NCBI GenBank assembly: GCA_002269645.1
Contig: NIVC01000254.1
Location: 310,001-374,000, forward strand
Direction: 5' to 3'
DNA: 64,000 bases
DNA from: Macrostomum lignano
Lineage: Eukaryota
Below are positions 1-10,950 of the stretch, piece by piece (position 1 is the stretch's first letter; each line of letters starts with the position of its first letter). The notes beneath the pieces were generated by a model that saw nothing but the letters and a program-made list of their open reading frames with translations, made no database searches and was not told the origin of the DNA. Position numbers and translations under genes: made by a program.

Positions 1-36
1 AGTTAATTCAACTTTTAATCCACAATTCAAAATTAA

Positions 37-345
37 ATGGCATCTAATAGACATAAAAAGGCTGCAAATCAGTTAATGCAGTTAAGTGCACACTTAGTTA
101 CATCTTCTAGTGAATCTGATTCTACTGATAGTATTAATAATGACAATTCAACTGCTAATGATTATCAACTCCAAGACCAAAATATCATCTCAGGTGTAAT
201 ATCTGATTCTAATAATAGTTCTAGTGAAGATGCTTTGGAAGAAGAAGTTGAAGTTGCTATTAGTAATAATGATGTTAGTAGCAGTGGCAGTAGTAATGAA
301 AGTTTTGGTAGTTCTATAGACCAAGAGTCTAATAATCAAGACTAG
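37..345 (+). pseudogene. Acidic Ser/Asp/Glu-rich ORF fragment, truncated at the putative Helitron 3' end; possibly the N-terminus of a piggyBac-like transposase
   Basis: ORF MASNRHKK...SSSESDSTDS...EDALEEEVEV. Its stop TAG (343-345) is part of the CTAG terminus of the putative Helitron. The family assignment rests on composition only. Confidence 0.3.
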
Positions 346-2626
346 CAATCTAGCGCCCCCCCTTCGGGGTGGCCAATAAGCAAGGGACGAATCCTTTAAA
401 ATAAAAAGAATTCTTAGGGAGGGGGCTAGGAATCGAATTCTCATTTTAATTCTGGCCCTGGGGCTTATGTACCAAGGAAACATGCTTGTTTAGAATTAAA
501 AAAACTGACAATTCAACCTACTTGCCTTCTTTCAGAGCAATAGCGTACTTCTTCTGTTGCGGTGCAAGCAGTACGCTCTGCAACAGCTGGAAAAGCAACT
601 ACAGCTAAAAAAAAATTGTTTCCCAAAGGCCAAAGGCAACAGTTGCCTATCATGCAGGGAGTCACTGGCGTTGCACCAATTTTAATGATGTCTGCTGTTA
701 ACTGTTTTAACGGTTACAGACAAAAACATTGTGTCGACAATGTTATTGTATTTGGAGCCAGTGTGGTTATTTGATAGTGGATATTGCCTAGTACAATGAC
801 GTATAATTAATTGGTTTGACTTGCTAAAAGTATTGTTTCCGTAATTTAGATTTTGTACTTTTGTACTTTTAAAATTGCGACTCAAATACCAATATTTTCC
901 CACAGCCTAATTTCCTTTTAGCTACAGTTCTTTTTTGCAGTTTGCATGTGCTCCTAACCCTTTTCATCTTTATTCTCTCATACGGTAATTAAAACGCAAT
1001 TTTATTTTAAGTCACTCGCCACTCAACTCTAGTAAGTTATTTTACGACTTTGGTTTGACCCATTTTGCAAATCATGCATACAACTTTGAAATACATGGAT
1101 TCACAGCTCTGGTTAACTGATGCAATATATCTGTGCGACTCCTACACTAAATTCTTCATCGACATATTCAACTCCACTTGATTAATTCCTTAACTGCGAA
1201 ACAAGTTTGTGATTAATGTATATATTTTTAACGTAATAAAAACGAACCTGTGCTTGGGCCGCTTTCACTCTTATTACCCCAGATAATAGGGAATAGGGGG
1301 CATAAGCCAGTGTACTTAGCATGTACTGCGCTTTGGAAAAAATTCGACATCGTTGGCGCCCTAGTAAAGAGGCTTGTTAAAAAATTCTCAACCAAACTTT
1401 TCTAGCTGCCTGACAAGACTGTACTATCATATACGCCTACCCATTCCCCCAGGGGGACACGCCAGTGTACTTAGCAACGTACAGTGTCGGAATAACTTCT
1501 TCATTTGCGCCCCAGCCGGTGGAGAGGGGCGCAGTCAGTAATTAGCGGAAACAAGTACAACAAAGTATATACTACGCTCATAACTACATATACTTAAAGT
1601 ACATGTAAAACACTGCAACCTGCAGCTACCATATTGATCACACACCCAGACCTGTACATTTGAAGCAATCTAACTAACAAAAAATCAGAATGGCTGACAA
1701 TAAATATTTTAGTATATAAAATTTTCATTCTTCTTTACAGTCACAAATTAGGGAGCAGTCTCCCATTAATTAGTACTCAATAATCCTTTCCTCTGCGTAT
1801 TCAGACGAAAACAAGAAAAACTCTGCACTGTAATGTTAATAGCAAATTTAAAAACGCAATCAAATGCAAGTAGTCATTTTATTTACTCCGTATATTTACA
1901 ATTGCAAAGTCATAAAAGGATAAGAACTAAGATGTTTTTGCAGAAGGCTTCGCCAACAAGATGGTACTGTAGTGACCTTCGCGAAAGTTCTATACCGTAT
2001 GATGTTTACTTCCAGAAATTTCTGCAATACAGTACGAGTTAAATTCTAGAAAATTTTTTATCTATCTATTTCTAATCTCGTAGTAAATATCTCTACTCAA
2101 TAAATATTTATTTACTGTAATTCATCATCATACAAAATATGAATACCGTACGTACGATACTTACTATAAAGTTTGTTTTACCGCACTAAAATGATTCTAG
2201 AAATTTCCGGAAGGACAAATTATAGTATAAATATACAGTAGCTAAACCAGCATCTGCTCCAAGCCTCTTTGATATTCGAACAACTCAAGTGCCAAACAAA
2301 GAAGCAAGCAAGGGCGAACCACCGCCTAGCTCTACCTTTTTCATTTCACAGCCGCTACAGTACCATTGCACAAATTCTGTTACGAATTTTTCATTGGTGT
2401 CAATCTTACCACTTGTTGGCTTGCTTTAGTCTGCACAGCTGGACAGAGGCATTCACTTGGGGCATGTAAATTTCAGGCATTACTAATGAGCATGTAAGAA
2501 CAGTTTGCAACCCTCCTCTTTTTGCAACCAGGCTTGGGACTGGCTTCGGCAGAGTTAAAGCCATCACAACAGACTATCTGGGGTTTGCAAAGGCTGCTTC
2601 AAACCCCCTCTGGCTGCATTTGCATG

Positions 2627-2655
2627 TACGAGGGCCATTCCAAAAGTTCATGCAA
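2627..2655 (+). mobile_element. Orphan Tc1/mariner-type TIR
   Basis: TA|CGAGGGCCATTCCAAAAGTT resembles the mariner TIR start (TACGAGGG...AAAAGT). No partner TIR was seen in the window. Confidence 0.45.
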
Positions 2656-3232
2656 TCAGAAAATTTCTCCCACCACAAAAAGCTGCCAATTTGAGCTTCT
2701 CTCACCGCACTACCAGACTCTCTGGCCGAACCCCTCAGCAGAATATGGACAGGATTCTTACTGAACTATCAAGACTGTCTCTGGCTCAACCCCTCAATCA
2801 GAAAATCAATCAGAATTTTCCTATCGCTTTGGGACAGGACTCTTATTGAGCTTTTATCATCCAACTATTACGAATTTCTCCGGCTCAACCCACAATCAGA
2901 ACATTATTTGATTGAATTTCCATATCGCCTGGAAAATGAGTCCAATAATTTCACAAATTAGTAGAATTCAGATTCTATTCTAACGGGCAGACATAAAAAA
3001 ATCCCTTCCTTAATCTGCACAAATGCACCGGTAATTACCATGAACTTCTGGATTGGCCCACGTATTAGAGTGGAAGAAATCTACCAGGGACATACAAAGC
3101 AGCGAAATGTCCATTTCAACCAACTCTCTGTCAGGCCCAGCACGTCTGCAGCCAGCCTGCTATCAACATTGGCAATGGCAAAAATACACCCTGCGATAAT
3201 GTAACACCTCATCCTTAATGTTCTAAAGAAGA

Positions 3233-3820
3233 TAGCTAAAATTCTCAGAAATCCCATTAGCTGACATTCTCAGAAATCCCAGTAGCTAGCTGAAATTCTC
3301 CGGAATACCATTAGCTGACATTGTCAGATATCCCATTAGCTGACATTCTCAGATATCCCAATAGCTAGCTGAAATTCTCCGAAATACCATTAGCTGACAT
3401 TGTCAGATATCCCATTAGCTGACATTCTCAGATATCCCAATAGCTAGCTGAAATTCTCCGAAATACCATTAGCTGACATTGTCAGATATCCCATTAGCTG
3501 ACATTCTCAGAAATCCCATTAGCTGACATTGTCAGAAATCCCATTAGCTGACATTCTCAGAAATACCATTAGCTGACATTCTCAGATATCCCAATAGCTA
3601 GCTGAAATTCTCAGAAATCCCATTAGCTGAAATTCTCAGAAATCCCATTAGCTGACATTGTCAGAAATCCCATTAGCTGACATTCTCAGAAATACCATTA
3701 GCTGACATTCTCAGATATCCCAATAGCTAGCTGAAATTCTCAGAAATCCCATTAGCTGAAATTCTCAGAAATCCCATTAGCTGACATTCTCAGATATCCT
3801 ATTAGCTGGCATTGTCAGAT
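3233..3820. repeat. 25-bp minisatellite A (ATTAGCTGACATTCTCAGAAATCCC) with 29-bp variants
   Basis: Tandem units read directly from the sequence. Confidence 0.95.
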
Positions 3821-3821
3821 G

Positions 3822-4072
3822 CTGTGGAAGGGATTGCTAGAATGCACTGTGGAAGGGATTGCTAGAATGCACTGTGGAAGGGATTCTTAGAATGCACTGT
3901 AGAAGGGATTCTTAGAATGCACTGTAGAAGGGATTGCTAGAATGCACTGTGGAAGGGATTCTTAGAATGCACTGTAGAAGGGATTCTTAGAATGCACTGT
4001 GGAAGGGATTCTTAGAATGCACTGTGGAAGGGATTCTTAGAATGCACTGTAGAAGGGATTCTTAGAATGCAC
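3822..4072. repeat. 25-bp minisatellite B (CTGTGGAAGGGATTCTTAGAATGCA), about 10 units
   Basis: Tandem units read directly. The reverse complement shares a core with array A. Confidence 0.95.
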
Positions 4073-5114
4073 AGTACAAGTCGAAGACACTCATAGAAGT
4101 GAAGGGAAGAGAAGGGAAAATTAGATACTTGCTATTGGATTACCAAAACTGCAATTAAGGTATCATCAGTCCATCTATATCCTAAATACCCCATATCCTA
4201 AATTTCAGTCTCCAATTTTGACTTACGCACCCAATCTAAAGGTACTTCATATTCATGCCAGTGCCAATACAGCAGGAATTTTAGCATGTAGGGCCAAGGT
4301 AGCAATTCTTTTTCCATGCTAAAATTTACTTGTGATGGCTTTTCAACACATGTGCTTCAATAACTCACTGATTTCTTGAACTGCCAGAGAAATCTTCGCA
4401 TGACATTCTGCTTGTTTCATCAGCCTGCGTACTCCAGTCGATTCGTGTTGACTCGAGTTGGCTCTCACAAGACGGCACCAGTCTGTATAGTTTCTGTAGA
4501 AAGGTAAAATTAATAAACAAAAATTTACAAGTTTGCTTAAAACTGAATTTTATACATTCTTGACCGATTAATATACAATACTGTAGCAACTTAGAGTGAA
4601 TAGATCTGTACTACAGAAAGATACTAAACATTAAATAAGTTACATGTACAATGAACACGCGCACCTTAATTCCTTCTCCAAAGTCCAAGACAATTTCGTC
4701 TACATCCCGGAAGGATTCGTGCGATACCGGTAGTTGCATAATAACTCGCCTGTTGCTTCCCCTTTGGTCAGAAGAGCCGCCAACCGCGCCTGATGGACAC
4801 GGAGCACCCAGAGGTTGAAACTCAGTATCGCTCTGCTTAGCATTCGTGTACCAGTCAGTCAAATTCGTAACCTCGGTGTCGTCCGAGTTGAGCCGAACTT
4901 CAGAGCAAGTACATCCAAGTACAACAGCGCCAGCGTACTCTTGTACTTTTGCTCGTCGTATCGACAAAATGTCGCCGACACTACAGTTGACAGCTTGATC
5001 GGAGGACGACCCCCAAAATGTGCAGGAGACAGAACGACAGGACTGGTCAACAAGAGTCACATGACTTCCTCGGGCGGCTGCAGTGTGTCGATTGCTCCAA
5101 GGACATCGACATTT

Positions 5115-7323
5115 TGATGTAACCACGCTCTGGTCGCGGGATAGGGCATGGGAACTTTTTCGAAAGTGCCTCCTATCCCGTGCACCCTCTGCACAGAGCT
5201 GTCGAGACTCGGCCAGGTCTCCGACCGGGCCTGGAGACTCCCGCTCTGCTGCACCCCTCCTGCTGCCTTGGTCCCGTCTCTCCTGCCGCCACACCTGCCT
5301 TTCCGGAGCCCCCTACCCCTTTCTGTACCTCCCCCTCTACCCTATCTCTTCTGTTTCCGCCCTATTCTTCCTGTACTTTCTCTATCTCCTCTCTTTTTTT
5401 GTCTCCCTCTGCACTCTTTTCCTGCGCTGCCCCCTCCTTCTCTGTGTCTACTTACAGTATTTTGTGTGCTCACCGTCTCCCCATCCCCTCCCAAACTCCC
5501 AAACGGTGACGCAAGTCGTGTGACCCCTTCTTCCCCCCGATGACTCATCGATGACTCATCCCCCTCTCTTGCGCAACCTTTTCTCACGCCATTGTTCTCC
5601 CCCCCAAATTTCTCATGCGACACCCACCCCACCTCCGCTTCTATTGTTCTCGTTTCTGCTTCTTTTGTTCTCGACCCCCACCAATTATCACATTTTCTCC
5701 GATTTTCTCTTTCTTTTGTTCTCGTTTTCGCACCTAATTATCACCTTTTCTCCAATGTTTACTTTTCCATTGTTCTCAGTTTTCCCCAATTATCACCGAT
5801 TTCCAATTCCTTTGTTCTCGACCCCAGCCCTATTGTTCTCAATGTTTGCTTGCGCAACACTTTCGCGACCACCCGCTGCGCCAATTATCCCCCCACCCCA
5901 CCTCCGGATTGCGCAATTTCCCGATTTCTCATGTTGCTATGCCGGTCTCATGCTTCTCATCATGACTCATTCTGACGTCATTCTGCCGGCAGCCAATCAG
6001 AGAGAGGGAGCCATGGTAACGACCTTGAGGAGGCGGCTGTGAGGTCTATAAAAGGAAGCGATTTCGGCATGAGAATCCTCAACCTTTGTTCCTCTCCTCG
6101 TCCTTCTTTGGACTTGCAGTCAGATTGAGTTCTGACCCATTCGTCTATAAGACGAATCCCTGCCGGTCCGCGGTCTGTTACCGCCAAAGTTATCCTTAGC
6201 TCCCCAAGTGAGCTCGCCTATCGGCCAGCGGTCTGGTACCGCCCAGCATCATCAGCATCGCCTGATCTACATCAGCGCCTCGTCGCTCCAGCGCATCGCC
6301 GCTTCACTGTCTGCCTGACTGCAGCCTACAGCCGCCCTCGGTCACTCCGCCTCTCTCTCTCTCTGTGTAGCTGCCGGTAAGTTCCTGTTACTAATTTGTG
6401 CTCTAATTGTCTTTGCTTATCCGGGGTTTGCCTATTTTCCATTGTCTGATTAGAGAGCTGAGCCAATTGTGATACCGTATCTTTTGCTGTATTTTACTCA
6501 ATAGTGAAGCCGCCTAATTGCCTGATTATTCGCCTAAGGGCCTAATTATTAACTATTAACTAACTTCATCATTATTCAATCTTTCACCATCATTTCACTC
6601 ATGGCTTGCTAAGCCTTTCTCCCGGGGTGGCAAAGCATAAGGAAGTTTGGGTAAGCTAATGGCCTCTCCCCGTGCAAAGCCCGCCTGTGAGTGCGTGCTG
6701 CGGGGCGCGTGTGCGTGCAGTAGAGGGATTAGCGAGTCTTGGCACAGAATGGCAGTAGGAAGGTTGCAACCCCATGCTGACGCGTCCCTTCGCCCTGAGC
6801 AATCTAAACTGTAGACAGTACATGTTCGCCTCATACTACTCTTAGTAATCAAAGTCGCAAGTCAGCCTCGCTCACAGCCACAAAGGATCCCCTGCTGAGA
6901 AATCCTCCAGGATTGAGCCCAGAGTTCCCGATCATGCCCCAAGCAGAGTCCCTGTACTCGGCTGCATGCGTCTCCCCTGTTAGCCTAAATCCCCTGGTAA
7001 CCAATCCAGGCGGGGCTCTAGCCTCGAGAGGTCTGGTAGAAAGATCCAGGTGCGCCAGGTCACATAGAGTGGTGGCAGCCACTCGGTCATGCCATGACCG
7101 AGTGACCAACTTTTGCACCTTGGCTACAGGTGGGGTCCATGTGGGTCCTTGGCCCTCTGGTCACGAAGCGCTACCAAAAGCTACTAATCATGTGGGCGGG
7201 ACAGTCTGGTGCTGGAGGTCCGTCAGGTCGTTGCCCGGTCATAGGCAGCCTACGGTCATTGCCCCCTCTAGTCATGCGTTCGTCTCTCTACGGAGCGGGC
7301 AGGCGACAAGGGCGGTTACATCA
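5115..7323 (+). mobile_element. Solo LTR (2209 bp), probably Gypsy-type
   Basis: Ends are TGATGTAACC...GGTTACATCA (10-bp inverted termini, TG...CA), flanked by a 4-bp direct repeat ATTT (5111-5114, 7324-7327). No internal gag/pol ORF. Confidence 0.8.
5540..6060 (+). promoter_or_regulatory. LTR U3-like Pol II promoter: TGACTCA (AP-1-type) sites, TGACGTCA (CRE), CCAAT, TATAAAAG
   Basis: TGACTCA twice at ~5541-5558, TGACGTCA at ~5973, CCAAT at ~5993 and TATAAAAGG at ~6047. A GTAAGT donor lies downstream at ~6377. Confidence 0.5.
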
Positions 7324-9123
7324 ATTTCTAATAAAAGGCAATACAGAGGGGACAGTTTTAAAAGTCTTTTAAAACCTCAAAAACGCCTTTTGAAGTTCAT
7401 TTGAATCCTATTCCTACCTACATCAATAGACGAATGAATATAATGGACTGCTAGTCTAGCCAACATCAAGGAATGAAGGCATACAATAGATTGCTAATCT
7501 AGTCAAAATAATTTATAAAAGCCGAACATACACTACAGTGCTACACAATTGCCTATACAATTCTCTATTTTCCAATATTCTATACTATTATGTCTATTTT
7601 ACATATAATAATATTGTATACTGTGTCTATACAATAAATACAAGTATAGATACAATGCAACTCACTCTTGCAGGCGTACGTTTTGAAGGTCGCTTATTCG
7701 CGTATAGTTACACGCCCGTTCACTAACAGTCGGAACTTCATTGCTTCGAAATATTGATCCCTTGGAGTCAGCAGAAAGAGACACCTCCATAGGATTATTC
7801 GTGCTGTTGTATCTCGGATCCGAAGTCTTTACCATTCCGCCGGCTATCCGAACAGCATCGGAAGTATTGCAAACTTCCCAAATAGACCGCAGGTCCTTGC
7901 CGAAAACGCTGACTCTCATCTCAGCCGAGTCGACTACCAAGACGAATGAAAAAACTTCGCCTCGGACGTCGTTCTTCATGTAGGACCTGATCTCCTTCAA
8001 ATCGGTTACAAGGCCAGTAACCGCCGCATTCATGTAGCCCAGTTTCAGGCCAGAGATTTTTGCCTTAATCTTCTTGGTGATTGTAGACGCCATTGTAGCT
8101 TAGTTGTTCAGTTTAACAGTTTTAACAAAGTAGAAACAAAACTTAGAAAATAGAAAGAGCTTCTAGAAATGTTGCAGTGCAAAATACTTCAGTAGAAATA
8201 GCAGGTTAAACTCAGTTTGCAATACATGTCGATTTAAATAGTCAAGCCCACACCCCAATCACCAGCAGTCAACCCCACACAACTAAACAGCCAATTATAA
8301 CACAGACAACCCTCCCTCCCTGTGCAATCTCTTCGTTTCCAGACTAAATCGGCTGGGTTGGGTGGACTCTGGACCTTGTGGCGTGATCACACGACGCTAA
8401 TTGAACTCCCACGACCAACCCCTCGTTGTCTGCGACTTATCGTTTTTCACACTCATGAAAAGCAGCATAAACTTTCTTAGTCATTTATCCAGTTCATCTG
8501 AACTTGTCTGTGCTTACTCCATTTTCTCACCCTTCTCTATCTAATTCAGTCTTCTTATTCTTTTCTCTGTTTATACCCGCCGTCTCATTAGCTCTATAAT
8601 CTCGCGCCTATCTCCACCACCCCTCCTAATTCTAACTTGCAATCAACCATAACCCCGGAGTTTACTCCTGAGTCATTGCAATGGCTAAGAAAGTAGCAAC
8701 AATTAAAACGTGCAGGGTATTCTGTGTTGTTTACGGCTTCAAACTGGCTTTGATTCAATCTCCCCAGGGCCCAGGCCCAGCTTGGCTTAAGTCACCCAAC
8801 CAAAACTGCGCTCTCACCCCTTCTCTCTGACCAGTGTGAGCTTCACCTCTAAGCCATGCATAGCTCAGCCCAACCCGTCCAGCCACTGCTGTCACTCTTG
8901 CTTAGCTTCATTTGTCCACCTCAGCCCTGAGTGGCTAATCCCCACACGACAGAGCTAATCGGGTTGGGCCAGCACCAACCCACCCCAGAAAGTTTTGCTA
9001 TATATATTTATATATATATATATATATATTGTAGATTCTTACTCTACGCCAACTTAAGATATCCAAAAAATATAGTAAAATAAGATTTAGAATATTCGGA
9101 TAAAACAATCTTCATATATTAAC

Positions 9124-9605
9124 ATGAAAGTAACCATAATCGAAAAAGGGCAGCAGCGCCGCCCGCGCCATCCCCGAAAACGTAAGTATTGCATACACTG
9201 TTGGTCACTACTTCCATATATTGTCATCTAATCACCAACCTCCTAGAACTTGCTTTCTTTCTTCCTCTTGACCAATCTTATGAATTGTTTCAAGGAACCG
9301 ATTCTGAGTTTAATTACGTACTTACGTACAAAACATACATGAAAACATGTACATTTATAAAAAAACTGTCAGTATCACCATACATTTCTTCTTTCACAGC
9401 CATAAAATGCTACTTCTGCGGTGGCCCGCATCGGGTGGCCCGCTGCGACGCAATTAAAGAGTACTACCAACACCAGCAAGAACAGCAGCAGCAGCAGCAA
9501 CAGAACCAGCAGGAGCAACCACGGGAAACGGAGGAGCAACCACCGCTTTTGATTCTTTTCTCTAGAATTTGCAAAATCAGTCATAATGATTTGTTGGCGC
9601 AGTGA
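9124..9605 (+). CDS. Small two-exon zinc-knuckle (CX2CX3HX4C) protein with a poly-Gln tract, about 87 aa
   Basis: Exon 9124-9181 (MKVTIIEKGQQRRPRHPRK, GTAAGT donor, phase 1) joins in frame to exon 9400-9605 (TTTCACAG acceptor; PIKCYFCGGPHRVARCDAIKEYYQHQQEQQQ...). Confidence 0.6.
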
Positions 9606-9659
9606 ATAACTTAATTCATTAAGGAAGTGCGACAAAATTGCTGATTCTCGGGCACGTAT

Positions 9660-9819
9660 TTTTACGTTCCTTTTTGCGACCTGCAGTGGACGTCCCCAAA
9701 TTCTCACCTCGGGACGAATCCGTAACTATCGAAATACCGTTCCCGGAGACGTTTCAATGGGACCTTAAGGGGACGTCTCCGATACGTCTCGATACGGAAA
9801 AATGTTGTACGGGACTGTG
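9660..9819. mobile_element. EnSpm/CACTA-like right end (…GTACGGGACTGTG) with GACGTCCC/GGGACGTC subterminal motifs
   Basis: The terminus reads CACAGTCCC on the minus strand, with clustered short inverted motifs inside it. No matching left end was found. Confidence 0.4.
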
Positions 9820-10535
9820 CACACAATTTAAACACTGGGTGGATGCTGCCTAGCTATGCACATTCAATGTGTTAAACCTGAAACCTAAAAATTCTATATT
9901 CCAAGTATATGTCATGATTGTCAGTGAGGGCAAAAATATAATAGAATTTTCCAGCATACGGGCCACTTTCTAGACAATAATATATAATCATTTAGAAAGA
10001 TATAATAAATACAGAATAGACAAATATATTTAAATTAAGAGCTTATTGATATGAAAAATTAGCCTTAGAAAGGCAATCTCGATATTTATATTTTCTTATT
10101 TGTATTGATATTTTTGTATTTTTCTATTAAAACATAATATCTATGTCTAAACTATAGTTGGTCATTTTCTTAGCAATTTGTTTTATAGAATAAAGTAAAT
10201 ATATAATATGTATAATATCTTTTTTACTATGGAGTGGGATTATTGAATTATATGTACTTGATAAACAAAGGATTATTGCAGTTAATATGCAAAGAGTTTA
10301 TAGCCTCCATGCAGCTTGGAGCTAATCGAACACGAGTAAACTGCTACTATTGCTGATGTTAGCATTTCCTTCTCAGTCGGTGAGGTCAGAATTAATGGAC
10401 TGGTCCATCACGTGTGTTTCATCAGTCTCCTCAGCCTGCTAGCTGCAGCTGCTCAGCCTATCCAGGCAGTCAGTCAGTTGGCCAATTTGGCTAAATCTGC
10501 ATAGTATCGTCGGATAGTTTCATTGTGTGCAGATC

Positions 10536-10950
10536 TCACTTTGCACACAACAATGCGCGCCTGCCTGCCCGACCCGTCAGCGTCGGCAATAGCAAATTTG
10601 CCAGCAACGTCATGACTTGTTGGGGAAAATTTTTAGCCCCAGTTTTTGTGCCAAACTGAATTCCGTAGGGCTCAGATTCCCCACTGCGCAGATATGCTAC
10701 CAAATTCTTCAGGCAGAGTTTATTGTCCGGCGGCTCGGCAATCCACGGCTGATTCCAGCAGAATTCCAGCTCGCCAACGCGGCAGGAATTGGCTGCCTCG
10801 AGCTGGCGCCAGTGCAGCTTCAAGAGTCTGCGGCAGGCCCGATTGTCAGTCTGAAAGCCATTGAGCAGCAACCGCTCAGCCAGGTTGCAAAGCAGATTAG
10901 AATAGGCCAGCTGAAGATGCTGGCGCTCCTCAGTAGTAGAAGTAGTAGTG
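10536..10950 (-). other. Coding-like open frame of unknown function (possible orphan exon)
   Basis: About 138 open codons (TTEERQHLQLAYSNLLCNLAERLLLNGF...LCAK), GC-rich with CTG/GCC-type codons like the real exons, ending near a GTGAGA donor-like motif. No recognised domain. Confidence 0.3.

Larger units (their letters stand above)
4369..8093 (-). pseudogene. Spliced RPA70 (RPA1)-like ssDNA-binding protein gene, OB folds DBD-A and DBD-B, disrupted
   Basis: Exon 1 8093-7666 (MASTITKKIKAKISGLKLGYMNAAVTGLVTDLKEIRSY...FSFVLVVDSAEMRVSVFG...VKTSDPRYNSTNNPMEVSL...YTRISDL) resembles DBD-A and ends at a GTGAGT donor. Exon 2 reads NVDVLGAIDT...VTLVDQSCRSVSCTFWG...ILSIRRAKVQEYAG...EVRLNSDDTEVTNLTDWY, resembling DBD-B, and ends at 4665. 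A phase-0 exon 4493-4369 follows. Lesions: LTR insertion and a frameshift/deletion near 5060. Confidence 0.8.
342..9035 (-). mobile_element. Putative non-autonomous Helitron carrying an RPA70-like gene
   Basis: Minus-strand 3' end reads GCCACCCC-GAA-GGGGGGGC (GC hairpin, 353-373), then GCTAGATTG-CTAG|T (CTAG at 342-345). Minus-strand 5' end reads A|TCTACAATATATATA at 9035. The insertion sits between A and T with no TSD, and the RPA70-like cargo is on the same strand. No Rep/helicase ORF was seen. Confidence 0.55.

Noticed and set aside
540-780. Cys-containing segment resembling a piggyBac C-terminal domain
   Set aside because: The Cys spacing is incomplete and spread over different frames; too weak to call.
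5083-7404. Many overlapping ORFs inside the LTR
   Set aside because: They are low-complexity CT-rich or GC-rich frames with no gag, protease, RT or integrase motifs.
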